A stretch of 64,000 nucleotides of DNA. It comes from Phallusia mammillata (taxonomy: Eukaryota). The number at the start of each line of letters is the position of its first letter. The first letter of the stretch is position 1. The stretch spans positions 12,338,001-12,402,000 of the forward strand of contig OZ281494.1 of NCBI GenBank assembly GCA_965637545.1, in the 5' to 3' direction. Below are positions 12,628 to 24,640 of the stretch, piece after piece. The position numbers and the translations under genes are program-made. The notes beneath the pieces were generated by a model. It was given only the letters and a program-made list of their open reading frames with translations. It was not told the origin of the DNA and ran no database searches.

Positions 12628-15600
12628 TCAAACCAAAACGCCGTCCTCACGTTCTCCAGGTTTTGTCTTTGATCCAGCTTTGCAATTATTATCCAACCCT
12701 CTAAAATGCAAAACACATGATTTTCGTTTAAGCTTTTTAGTCGTAAAATGAATTTCGAGACGAACAATTTCTGACCAACAAAATTCAAAGCTCAGTACAT
12801 TATTACTTAGTTGTTCCTATAGGAATTGTATACAGTTTTGAACGTACAACTACCGAAAATGAACTGTTGCTGACGGACATAATGTATTGACAAATTTATT
12901 TGTCAGTATAACTACTGTTTTCGATGGTTGGTTTGACTTTTTTGCTTACCCAGGCAATGCCAGAGCCTCAGTGACGTTGAGTGGAAGTTCCGACTTTTGA
13001 GTCTCTGGCAAAAACGCGAAGGTCAGCACTGAAAACAATAAACATCCTGCTGTGCCAAATGATGGAGCTAGAGTGTTACCAGATTCACCTGACAAAACAT
13101 GATAGATAATCTTAAATCTAAAAATAATTAAGGTTGAATTGGAATTAACTAGAAACTAAAACGATAATTTTAACAGCATGTTAGCCTCACCTACCAGTGT
13201 AAATTAGAAAAGGAGCCACAAATCCTCCGAGTCGTGAACCAACTGAGTTAATACCTAGCAAAGACTGACGAGATTTAGTTGGAAATAACTCACTCGTGTA
13301 AACATAAATAACGTTGAAAGCAACTGATATCATGAGTTGACTTATCATAGCAAGAACTGTGGCAACTGTTCCGTTATCTAAAAAAGCAATGAAAATCGCT
13401 GTAACTGACTTGATAGAGCTACTAACACAATAACTCACGGCTCAGGCCGGCTAATTTCCGATAAGTGGCGCAACGGAGTATAGGCGTTTGCAATGGCAAT
13501 AATTGCTGACTCAGCAATTTTTGTCGTAGCAAACGCCTATGCTCCGTTGTGCCACAGGCCTGTGCCGTGAGTTGTTGTATTAGAACAGTGGTTCTCAACT
13601 CGTTTCGGGCCATGGACCACCGCGCAAGTACAAATAATATCGTGGACCATTTTACTTTTGAGCAAGATTGAAGCACACGAACAAAACTATTATTTGGGCT
13701 TGAAACATAATTCTTTAAAAACCGATTTTCAAGAAGTGAGATACAATTATCAACAGCTAACATTTCGATACTCCTTCTATATGTAATATGCAATAATCTC
13801 TAGTTTATCAACAAACTTAGTGGACCACCCAAAAAGACATCACCGACCACTAGTGGTCCATGGACCACCAGTTGAGAACCACTGTGTTAGAAGCTCCACC
13901 AAAACAGCCTGTAATAATCCTAGGCCTATTTTACAACAATGGTTTCTTTTTTCCAATTGTTTTGCATGGCAAATGGTGCCTTTGCTGTTGTAATACACAA
14001 ATTAAAAAGTTGTGTTTTAAGGATTTGAGTTTATCCAACATCCATCTTATCAGCCATTCTACAAACTTGAGGTGGTGCGACAATATAGTTCATAGTATCA
14101 AGGACAATTTGAAAAACGATTAGGAAAGTTAAGAAAAATTAAAACAATTAAGGAAGCATTTAAGGTTGTTTTTGTCATTTTGATTATCTCGAAAAACGTT
14201 TTCCCTAGCAACTTTATATTCAGTGGAAGATATTTTAGTAGGCTACTTACAACCAGACAACAAAGAAGCCACCGCGACGGAACATGCAGTCATGCTCATA
14301 GAAATCATATACGCTTGTCGACGACCACGAGTTTCAACGGAGAAATAGAAAAGAAACGTTGCAACTAACTCAGTTAATCCGCCAAAGAAAATGTTCAGAA
14401 ATCGATCACCGGTTAGTTTGTTCAAATTCAACTTCATTGTGTAGTAGGAGATGCTGACCATAAACCTGTCAAAACATAATTTAAAGAAACCTATATTTTG
14501 ACAAACCCGCCATAAAAGCATAATAAGGTTTCCGATAGGCAAAAATTATCGAAAACTTTATATTTGCTGTTATTTGTTTTGACTACCGTGTTTAAATACT
14601 ATACGTTTGTTAACATTGTTGATCAGTGTAACGACCTTGGTGTATTTGTGAATCATTAAATATAGCAAACTCACCATGCGAAGAAAACGATCATACATCT
14701 TCTAAGCATTGTGCCGTTTTTAAAAAGTTCAGCCAACGTGGAACATAAACCGTTGCTTTCCCCGTTTTCATTTGCAACGAGGTTCTTAGTTACATCTTTG
14801 GAGTTTGGTTCAGTCTCTTTGTGGTTAAACATGGCAACTTTTTGTAAAATGCGTCTAGCTTCTTCACGCTTTCCAGAGGCAAAAAGCCATTGCGGTGTTT
14901 CGTCGATTAACCTGTAGAAAATTGAAAACATATCGAGTGATAGACATAAACCCGACATGTATCATTGCCATACCAGTAATAGGGAATGTAAACAATTCCA
15001 AATAATCCTGTAAACCTTAAAAACCATCTCCAGTCTGGGAAGCAATAAGCGACAACAGCAATTAACATGCTTCCAATTGAATAACCCGTTTCCAAAGCGA
15101 AGTACGAAAAAGAACGAAGTCTGGTTGGCATAAATTCCGATCCTTTAAAATAAGTTATAAGTTAGAAACAACGTTTTAATAAATGTATAAGCTACTGAGA
15201 AGGTTTAATTTGAATGAAGCCCAAACTTTCTTCAGCTTACAACAAATTAATTCGGTTGCGGTTGAGTGTTATGTTTAGGCTTGTCAATTTTGTTTGTCGC
15301 GTAACTGATCGTGAACAGTATAGCAGTTCTTACCAATTAGGATGGCCGCAACAAAGTTACCCAAAGCCGAAATACCAGAGAGAAACATTACAATCCCGTG
15401 GGTGACGATATTGGTAACAAAGCTGGAACAAAATGTCACCACAAACTGCAGAAGTGTAAAAATAAGAAACGTCCACCTTCTTCCAAAACTAAAAAACGAA
15501 ATAAAAAATCATTTCGACAGGATGATATAGTCTGACGTAGATTAGTCACTCACGTGTCTGACAATGTCCCAGTGATGATTCCACCACACAATAAACCAAC

Positions 15601-16322
15601 CATGTACATCGACGTTGTGAGTGGCTTTTGCCATGCATTACTGCAAACCATTCCGAACTAATAGATCAAAGCAAGTGTTACAGTTACAGCGTTCCAATGA
15701 AGGGGTCATATACGTTAGACTTAATAGTTGTTGAATTTCTACCGTCGTGGACATATACATATTTAACAAACGTTGCTATTTAAAATACCTCCGTAACCGC
15801 TGATATTTCCACGCCCTCGTAAGTTAACACATCACAGGCGGAGACACCGAAAGTAACATTTCGCGAAGGATCTGCGTTGCACATTTGGTTTTACTGCAAC
15901 AACACAGGTTCAAGAAAATCAAAACTTACCTTTTATTTTGACTGACAGTTGGCTCTTGGTCATGTTGTACATGAGACATTTGGATCTTGCGGATTTGTTA
16001 GCGTCAAATGGAACGGTTAGGTTGAGTAATTGTTCTTCCCAGTGACTTGTGCTGTTGAAACCCAACGACTCGGCCTGCGTTCGACAAATATTAAAAAAAA
16101 CTTTTGAATGAGAAAAAGTTTACCAGTAGAACATCGTTCAAATACCTCTTGAACGTTGGTAATGTTGTAAATGGCCATGACGTCACAATGATGAGATGGC
16201 GTGTACTGTGTTACCAAGGGTTGCAAAGGTGGAAAACAGTTCGGTATGGTTGCCAACAGCAACAGAACGCATAGGCGTTTCTCGTAACGACCGAAATCAT
16301 TATCTTTAGAAATAAGTCTCAT
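12628..16322 (-). CDS. SLC22-family organic cation/anion transporter, copy A, 11 coding exons, apparently intact
   Basis: Spliced reading: MRLISKDNDFGRYEKRL...; FGMVCSNAWQKPLTTSMYMVGLLCGG...LSDT/FGRR; GSEFMPTRLR...FPDWRWF; LIDETPQWL; VYTSELFPTKSRQ; FLPETQKSELP; last exon ends EDGVLV*. Splice phases are consistent. An upstream in-frame start is possible. Confidence 0.9.
13418..13583. repeat. Foldback (long hairpin) element in SLC22-A intron 8
   Basis: Left arm ACTCACGGCTCAGGCC...GGCGCAACGGAGTATAGGCGTTTGC pairs with right arm GCAAACGCCTATGCTCCGTTGTGCCAC AGGCCTGTGCCGTGAGT. Central palindrome AATTGCTGACTCAGCAATT. Confidence 0.85.
13504..13516. promoter_or_regulatory. Perfect T-MARE / ARE-AP1 site (TGCTGACTCAGCA)
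   Basis: Exact match to the established Maf recognition element consensus, which contains the TGACnnnGC antioxidant-response core. Function is not demonstrated. Confidence 0.45.
13586..13884. mobile_element. hAT-type MITE in SLC22-A intron 8, absent from copy B
   Basis: Perfect 14-bp TIR CAGTGGTTCTCAAC / GTTGAGAACCACTG. TSD TATTAGAA / TGTTAGAA (7 of 8 match). The equivalent site in copy B (about 20315-20330) is empty. Confidence 0.9.
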
Positions 16323-18644
16323 ATTAAAGCCCGACTGCCTGTAACGACATGAAATATGAAACACGAAATGCAAATTTCTTTCAAGATTGGTTTCTATTGA
16401 AGCTGATACAGTTTGAATTTGCCTTTTGACTAACTTGAACCCTTAAGTTAAGGCATCAAGAAACTTCGCTGTTCTACATCAAGTGATTTCCAACCTTTAT
16501 GTGGTGGCGTAAGACTTTAAGTTTAAGCATCGTTACCGCTTGCCACTTTACGGTTATGCATGGTCACGCGTGCCACCCATCAGACAACGGTTACATTCTG
16601 AATCGAAAAATGTAGCACAACGAAAAGTTTAGCAAACTAATGCGCAATCAGTAACTGCTTGCTTCCATTTATCCGAGGCAAAACGTCAATTGACTCAATA
16701 TTTCGTAAGTCGTGGTTTATCTTCGACATTGTACGAAAAGAATTTGAAATAAATACATTCAAAGATCTTTTTGCACTTGCAGTACACCTTAATTCCCTGG
16801 TAACTAGTTCAACAGTGAGCGCATAATCGTTGTGATTAAGACGAAACAAGTTAAGAAAAAAACATTTTGTTTATAAGGCATTACTACATGCGTCTTGATT
16901 CTGCACCAGCTTAGCATAGCGACTCGCAATCTGGTGCTATAAGTAACGAACGTTTTTTTGCCAGAATATGCGATTTGTTTACATACAAACAAGTAAAATA
17001 GCGAAAGGTTTTGGCGTATCATCAAGAATGCCGTCGCGGACCACCGGTTGACGTCACAATGGACCACTGTTCTACACTCACGAAAAAAATGTTTGCAGTC
17101 GCTGAACTTAAAAATGGCAATGTTCTCAAGTTGAAGCTGTTTAAAATTTCTGTGGTAGACAACGCCTTCCCAAACAAAAATTCCTCTCTAATCTTTTTAG
17201 TTTGTAGACAACTGAAATTCTTACATAGAGCGCAAATTGATCCACAGCACGCTATCGTGCATAAACAGTCCAGAAAATTGTAATTTTCCCACAATGGTAT
17301 TTATACGAACCAATTGCATACCCAGTTTCGGAATGCAGCGATAAGGAAATGTAGCACAAAAATGTCAGGAAATACCATATGTGTAAGCTAGTGATCGAAG
17401 CCTCGACTGTACAAAAAATGACATAAATATTTTCATGAGTAGTTTCTGCATGGCCCTTTTGTTAACAGTTTTCTGTCTACTTATTCTGAAATCATGGATT
17501 ATAAGCACTTACATACAGTGATACAACAATGATACACATTCTTGAATGTTAAAAACGAAATGGAAACTCGCGTACAAGTTCCGTTACAGATTCAACATGT
17601 TGCTGCGGCTGCTTGAAGACTTACCACCAATATCACTTATGGTTAATTCACAACATGTAGGTACATGTTTTCCATTTAAACATGGAATAGGTTAGTGTGG
17701 GTTTTGAACTTGTAACAGTGCAATATCTTTCAAGAAAGTGGCGAACTGTTTCGTATAATGTTACACTTTGTAAAGAAACAAAAAAATGACGTCAGTAGTT
17801 GTTATGGCAAACAAACAAGCCATTAAATAAAAATTTGTACTGCATTGGAAATTCAATGAAAACGCACAGTTATTAGCGTTAAGCGCATAAAACCTGACCT
17901 GAAAATTATCCAATTTATAGCTTCCTTATAGAACGCTTTCTAAAGGCGCTGGCGAATGAGTCGGTTTGAAAAAGCTTAATTTATTTGTTGACGTTTTTTT
18001 GGAGCCTGGTTGAACGTATTACATTTTTCGTGCTGGTTGCATCCGATGGAAAATTATGAAGTGTTGTTGCATGATTGCAAGCAAGTTTGTTTGTAATCCT
18101 TAATCAAAAAGTTAGTAAAGCATTGCCTAGTTTGTGTGCACATTTTGTAAAACAAAAACATAAACAAAATATGCTTTGTGTTGCTAACAATATTTGTTTC
18201 TCAAAAACCAATAATGTGGTTTTTGATAATGTTTTGTAAAATGTGAACAAATACAACTCGCAAAGTCAGTTTTAATGTAACTTGCCATGTCGCCAGTTTG
18301 ATGGATGTGTTATGTACAGGAAATAAGTCGTACATCACGTGGCTGCTGTTCGTGGTCTCTGATGCTGATGATCTTTGTATTTGGGGCGAGTGTTTGCAAA
18401 TCGGCGATATAGGCCTACCTTTCAGCTTTAAAATAGTAAGATATAAGTTACAACAATATACGAGTCGTAGATAAAAAATTAATTAACAAAGAGGTTTGAT
18501 ACTAAAGCCATTTTAGTGATGAAATGCGACTAACAAATTAAATAAATTAATTATAAGATGTTTGCATTTTGCTTGTGTTTTAATCGTTTTTAATTTTTTA
18601 TTCTTTGAAAAAAGGGGTTGTAATAAACATTACAATAAACCGAA

Positions 18645-19318
18645 ATGAGTAATAACAAGGCATCGGATGATTCTTCAGATGGAGCGTTGGCTGCGGAGTT
18701 CCGTTGCACCATCAGCAAAGCTTCCAATTTTGCGATGATATTTGGCTCCTGGAAACCTTATTGTTTTGTGGTCCATCGAAATGCTGCTTTTTTAATTGCG
18801 TTTTTGACAGGTTCAAAGATCGATTTCTGAACATTATCTTTGGCGGATTGACTGAGTTAGTTGCAACGTCCCTTATCTATTTGTCCGTTGAAACTAGTGT
18901 CGTATATGACAAGCGTATATGATTTCTGTGAGCATGCTGACTGCATAGTCGATCCGCAGAGCTACTAACACCATATTAACTGGTTGTCCATATATGTATC
19001 GGAATTGTTCAAGTTGTCAGTATACCGCATTGGTATTGGAATACCTTGTGGTATACTGGCAACTTGGACAATTAACACCATTGGTTAACGATTCTTAGTT
19101 ATTTTAGGAGCGTGGCTAAATGCAGTTGGATGTGTGATATGCATTATTAGCGCCGTCGACGGCATTTATTTCTGGATAACTCCATGGAATAATATACTCA
19201 TACTGGTTATGCAAATCAACAAAACTACAAATAAGTGAGTTAAAGCATCAGCAATGTACCAGTAGCAATCACGGAAGTTCTACTACAGTTTACGACATGT
19301 CAATTCTTCTGTATGTCA
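18645..19318 (+). pseudogene. Chimeric, internally deleted SLC49A3/MFSD7 pseudogene carrying an inverted SLC22 intron7/exon8 fragment
   Basis: 18645-18720 resembles the SLC49A3-1 start. 18976-19165 matches 26186-26345 (INWLS...GIPCGILATWT...AVDGI) with stops and indels, then jumps to sequence matching about 27128-27285. 18728-18946 is SLC22 sequence (...GCGTTTTTGACAG then DRFLNIIFGGLTELVAT) on the + strand. Confidence 0.85.
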
Positions 19319-19423
19319 TAAATAAAAAGCAGACTGATGCATACACTGCATGTAACAAGATTCACAAATAAACACCACAAAACATGTGATTTGCAAGTTT
19401 TTAAACTACATCAATCCATTTTG

Positions 19424-22400
19424 TTAAACCAAAACGCCGTCCTCCCGTTCCACTGGTTTTGTATTTGATCGACCAGATTTGCAAGTAATATCCAACCCTC
19501 TGAAATGCAAAACACACGATTTTCATTTAAGCTTTTCAGTCGTAAAATGAATTTTATGACCAACATTTTCGGATGCATAAAATTTTAGGTTCAGAATAAT
19601 ATAACTTATTTGTTTTTACAGTTTTGAAACGTACAAGAAGTATTTTAGAAGCTTTGTTTAACTTTTTGCTTACCCAGGCAATGCCAGAGCCTCAGTGACG
19701 TTGAGTGGAAGTTCCGACTTTTGAATCTCTGGCAAAAACGCGAAGGTCAGCACTGAAAACAATAAACAGCCTGCTGTGCCAAATGATGGAGCTAGAGTGT
19801 GACCAGATTCACCTGACAAAACATGATAGATAATCTTAAATCTAAATATAGATAAGGTTGAATTGGAATAGACTAGAAACAAAAACGATAATTTACAGCA
19901 TGTTACCATCACCTACCAGTGTAAATTAGAAAAGGAGCCAGAAACCCTCCGAGCCGTGCCCCAACTGAGTGGATACCAAGCAAAGATTGACGGGATTTAG
20001 TTGGGAATAACTCACTTGTGTAAACATAAACAACGTTAAAAGCAACGGATATCAAGAGTTGACTTATCATAGCAAGAACCGTGGTAACTGTCCCGTTATC
20101 TAAAAAAATAACAATGGAAATCACTTTAATAGACGGTAGAACTATACCAACAGAAGACCCCACGGCACAAGCCTGCTAATTTTCTGGTTACTGGCGCAAC
20201 GGAGCATAAAGATTTGTTTCGCTTGCTCAGTCAGCAATTCGCTAAATCAACAATTAATGACTGTTCTCCGTTGCGCCACTTATCGAAAATTAGCAGGTCT
20301 GTGCCGTGGATTCTTGTTAGTAGCTTTACCAACAGACTTTTACCCAAAACAGTCTCCAATAATCCTAGGCCTATTTGACAACAGTGGTTTCTATTTTTTG
20401 AATCGTTTTTTATGACAACCGGCGCCTTTGCTGTTGTAATAGCCTACAGAAATTAAAAAGTTGTATCCTATGGATGGGAATTTCGGAAACATCCATCTTA
20501 TCCACTAACTTACAGACTTAAGGTGGTGCGACAATATAGTTCATAGTATGATGGGCACCTTAAAAAATTAAAAAGTTAACAAAGAGTACAGAAGAACTAG
20601 GAAACAATTTTGGATTTTTTATCCTTTTGACTGACTCATGAAACATTTTTTAGCAATTTAAGATTAAATGGAAACTATGATAGGATATACTTACAACTAG
20701 ACAACACGGAAGCCACCGCGACGGAACATGCAGTCATGCTCATAGAAATCATATACGCTTGTCGGCGACCACGAATTTCAACGAAGAAATAGTATAGGAA
20801 CGTTGCAACTAACTCAGTCAATCCGCCAAAGAAAATGTTCAGAAATCGATCACCGGTTAGTTTGTTCAAATTTAACTTCATTGTGTAGTATGAGATGCTG
20901 ACCATAAACCTGTCAAAACGCAATTATAAAAACAATATTTTCACAAACCCAATATCAAAACAATACGGCTCCTGATAAAGCAAAAATTATCGCAAACTTT
21001 ATATTTGCTGTTATTTGTTTTGACTACCGTGCTTAAATACGACACGTTTGTTAATACTTTGATCGGTGTAACGGCTTCAACTGTCTGTGCAGTTTTGTGA
21101 ATCATTAAATATAGCAAACTCACCATGCGAAAAAACCGATCAAACATCTTCTAAGCATTGTGCCGTTTTTAAAAAGTTCAGCCAACGTGGAACATAAACC
21201 GTTGCTTTCCCCGTTTTCATTTGCAACGAAGTTCTTAGTAACATCTTTGGAGTTTGGTTCAGTCTCTTTGTGGTTAAACATGGCAACTTTTTGTAAAACG
21301 CGTCTAGCTTCTTCACGCTTTCCAGAGGCAAAAAGCCATTGCGGTGTTTCGTCGATTAACCTGTAAAAAATTAAAAACACATCGAGCGATAGACATAAAC
21401 CCGACATGTATCATGACCGTACATACCAGTAATAGGGAATGTAAACAATTCCAAATAATCCTGTAAACCTTAAAAACCATCTCCAGTCTGGGAAGCAATA
21501 AGCGATAACAGCAATTAACATGCTTCCAATTGAATAACCCGTTGCCACAGCGAAGTACGAAAAAGAACGAAGTCTGGCTGGCATAAATTCCGATCCTTTG
21601 AAATAAGTAAGTTTGCTACACGTGAAAACAAGGTTTAAATAAAATATTCGACACACAGAAGGTTTAATTGAAATCAGCCCATTTTTTTCTTCAGCTTATA
21701 CAACACACTAATTCGGTTGCGTTTAAGTGTTATATTTATAGTTTTGTCAATTTTGTTTGTCGCATAACTGATCGTGAACAGTATAACACTTCTTACCTAT
21801 TAGAATGGCCGCAACAAAGTTACCCATATTCGAAATACCAATTAAAAGCATTAAAGTCCCGTGAGTGATGATATTGGTACCAAAGCTGGAACAAAATGTC
21901 ACCACAAACTGTAGAAAGTTACAAACCAGGAACGTCCGTTTTCTTCCAAAACTAAATAAGAAATAAAAAAATCATTTCGACAGGGTGATATAGACCAGGG
22001 GTTCTTAACCAGGGGTGCACGCACCCCCAAGGGGTACGAGAACTGTTCCTAGGGGGTTCCTCAACTCTTTGTTGACACTCACGTGTTAATTAAATTACAA
22101 TGGTTTTGTTATTTAAGCAATTACAGAAGGGGGTGCGAAAATTGGTTGGCGATTTGAATGGGTTGCCGCAAGGAAAAAGGTTAAGATCTACTGATATAGA
22201 CTAACGTGGATTATTAGTTACTCACGTGTCTGACAATGTCCCAGTGATGATTCCACCACACAGCAAACCAATCATATACATCGATGTTGTCAACGGCTTT
22301 TGCCATGCATTACTGCAAACCATTCCGAACTAATAGATCAAAGCAAGTGTTACGGTTACCTATGGTCGCTTCCATTGTTGAATTTATAATGTCGTGGACA

Positions 22401-23017
22401 TACACATATTTAACGAAATAAACTAACTAAGTACAGAATATGCTCAATACATTTTAAATAGGCCTACCTCTGTAACCGCTGATATTTCCACGCCCTCGTA
22501 ATGTATCACGTCACAGTCGGAGACACCGAAAGTAACATTTCGTGAAGGGTCTGCGTTGCACATTTGGTTTTACTGCATAACAACACAGGTTCAAGAAAAT
22601 CAAAACTTACCTTTTATTTTGACAGACAGTTGGCGCTTTGTCATGTTGTACATGAGACATTCGGATCTTGCGGATTTTTTAACGTCAGTTGGAACGGTTA
22701 GATTGAGTAATTGTTCTTCCCAGTGACTTGTGCTGTTGAAACCCAACGACTCGACCTGCGTTCGACAAATATCAAATTAGTTTCTAATAGGAAATCTGTT
22801 TGTACGCGTAAAACATTTTTTTACAGTACAATCCCAATACTTCTTCGAAGTTGGTGATATTGTAAATGGCCATGACGTCACAATGATGTGATGGCGTGTA
22901 CTGTGTTACCAAGGGTTGCAAAGGTGGAAAGCACATGGGTATGGTTGCCAACAGCAACAGAACGCACAGGCGTTTCTCGTAACGACCGAAATCATTATCT
23001 TTAGAAATAAGTCTCAT
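19424..23017 (-). CDS. SLC22-family transporter, copy B, 11 coding exons, apparently intact
   Basis: Same exon structure and phases as copy A, with no stop or frameshift found by eye. A possible mini-exon (MTQYR, about 23060-23075) could extend the N-terminus. Confidence 0.9.
20135..20330. repeat. Foldback element in SLC22-B intron 8 (counterpart of 13418-13583)
   Basis: Arms CCACGGCACAAGCCTGCTAATTTT...GGCGCAACGGAG / CTCCGTTGCGCCACTTATCGAAAATTAGCAGGTCTGTGCCGTGG. Centre TGCTCAGTCAGCA at 20224-20236. Confidence 0.85.
21996..22193. mobile_element. hAT-type MITE in SLC22-B intron 4, absent from copy A
   Basis: Imperfect TIR CAGGGGTTCTTAACC / GGTTAAGATCTACTG. Perfect 8-bp TSD ATATAGAC. Copy A has a single ATATAGTC at about 15525. 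Confidence 0.88.
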
Positions 23018-23854
23018 ATTGAAGCCCGACTGCCTGTAATGAAACGAAATATGAAAAATGAAATGCAAATACCTATATTGTGTCATGAACGCACACACCT
23101 GTAAGAGGTTACCTGTATAGACTGCCACGTTTAAGACGCGGCACACGGTTATATACGACACGTGACGTAATAGCACAGGGACGATATCTAGCGATAAATG
23201 TATATATCATAACTTCCCTTTGTTTTGCGGGGGCTAGTGTGCGCGCGTGTGCTGTGTTACTGTTTACTTGAAAGCTCGTTAATTCTTCTGCTTCTCGTGG
23301 CTCGTATCGGTCGTCTGCAGTAGCGAGTAAGTTCATTATTACGATTCTTAACGCTTGCTGCATAGAGGCGACATGATCCACAAAATACCAATGTAGTTCT
23401 TGTCTTTTATTCTGGTTACGCAACACACATCAAGTCTCATTTATCTAAACATTGGCTTTTAAACTGATACTCGTTTTTCGTGCGATCATTCCAGAACAGT
23501 ACCTTCTTTTACTCACATCAGTTATTAGTTTGTTTTAAGTTAAACGCTTGCAAAGATATGCAGCACTGCAATGGGTTGCACAACTATTTCGAAACGCCCG
23601 GTTTACGCAACAGCCTGTCTTATGGCCAGGCTGTTGGAACATATGAGGAAGACGGGAACATGTAACAACGACACCGAATATAAACTTCCAATAGTTACTG
23701 AATCATGAGAACACATGGTAGCATATGTCGCAAAAGCAGCATATAATTTTCATGGGACGAAAAGTCATGATTGCAAAGTTAAAATTTTCCATTACTTAAT
23801 ACTTAGCCAAACCAAAGTGCCAAAATGATGGTTTAAAAGCACGTGCTCACGCAA

Positions 23855-24640
23855 AATTGCTTCATTTAAATCTCGCAGATCCAAGTAAACTCTTAGTTTT
23901 CCGTTTTTCTTTTCTACTGTTACAAGAGAGTTCACCCACTTAGTTGGTTCCTCTATTCTTTTGATTACTTGCATGATTTCCACTCTTTGTAGCTCATGCT
24001 GTAGTTTGTTCTTGAGTGCAATTGGAATTTTTCTGCTGCGACGGAATACGGGACAAATTCTGCTATCGGTCGTTAATCGGTGACAACCTGGAACACAACC
24101 CAACCCTTGAAATAAATCTAAAAACCTGGACAGCAAATTTTGTTCGTCACTGACAATCGGTTGAAGTCTATTTAATAGGCAAAGAGCTACAGTTCCATGT
24201 AACCCTATAATAAGCAATGTATTAATCTCCACAACAACAAATGATAGAGTAAATAACTGTTCTCTGTATTGCAGTGTTAAACCAACGCTCCCACAAACTG
24301 GAATATTGTGGCCAGCAGTATATGAGATCAATCGAATATTGGTGAAGGAAATATATGGACGTCCTTGAAGTTTTTAAAAATCATTTCGTGACAAAATATT
24401 TACCTGGGCTCCCGTATCTATCTTAAAAAGAAGTATACGTGAAAACACAAACATGTCAACAAGCCAATCTTTTGTTGAACTGGTAGTACTTGTTGTTGTA
24501 CAGATTGCATGTTGTACGTCTGAATAGTATCTGCACGTTGCGCTTTCGACAGATCAGTTGCGCAGCAACATCGAGCGAAGTGGTTTCTTCAAGCACCGCC
24601 TTTCCGAGGCAGGACACGCTCTGACGTCATGTCCAATTTC
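23855..24640 (-). mobile_element. Degenerate Ty3/Gypsy LTR-retrotransposon gag-pol fragment
   Basis: Zinc-knuckle remnant (ACPA...NHFARCC), aspartic protease FKIDTGAQVNIL followed by an in-frame stop, and RT N-terminus DLFQGLGC...RKIPIALKNKLQHEL...VIKRIEEPTKWVNSLVTVEKKNGKLRVYLDLRDLNEAILREH. Truncated before the YxDD motif. No LTRs seen. Confidence 0.92.

Noticed and set aside
13400-13425. Idea that the foldback terminus (TGTTAG) supplies the exon-9 splice acceptor
   Set aside because: That AG gives a frame with a stop codon. The phase-compatible acceptor is TTTTTAG at 13378-13379 in A and at the equivalent position in B.
13422-14123. ORFs 13422-13793 and 13860-14123
   Set aside because: They run across the foldback and MITE in intron 8 and are incidental.
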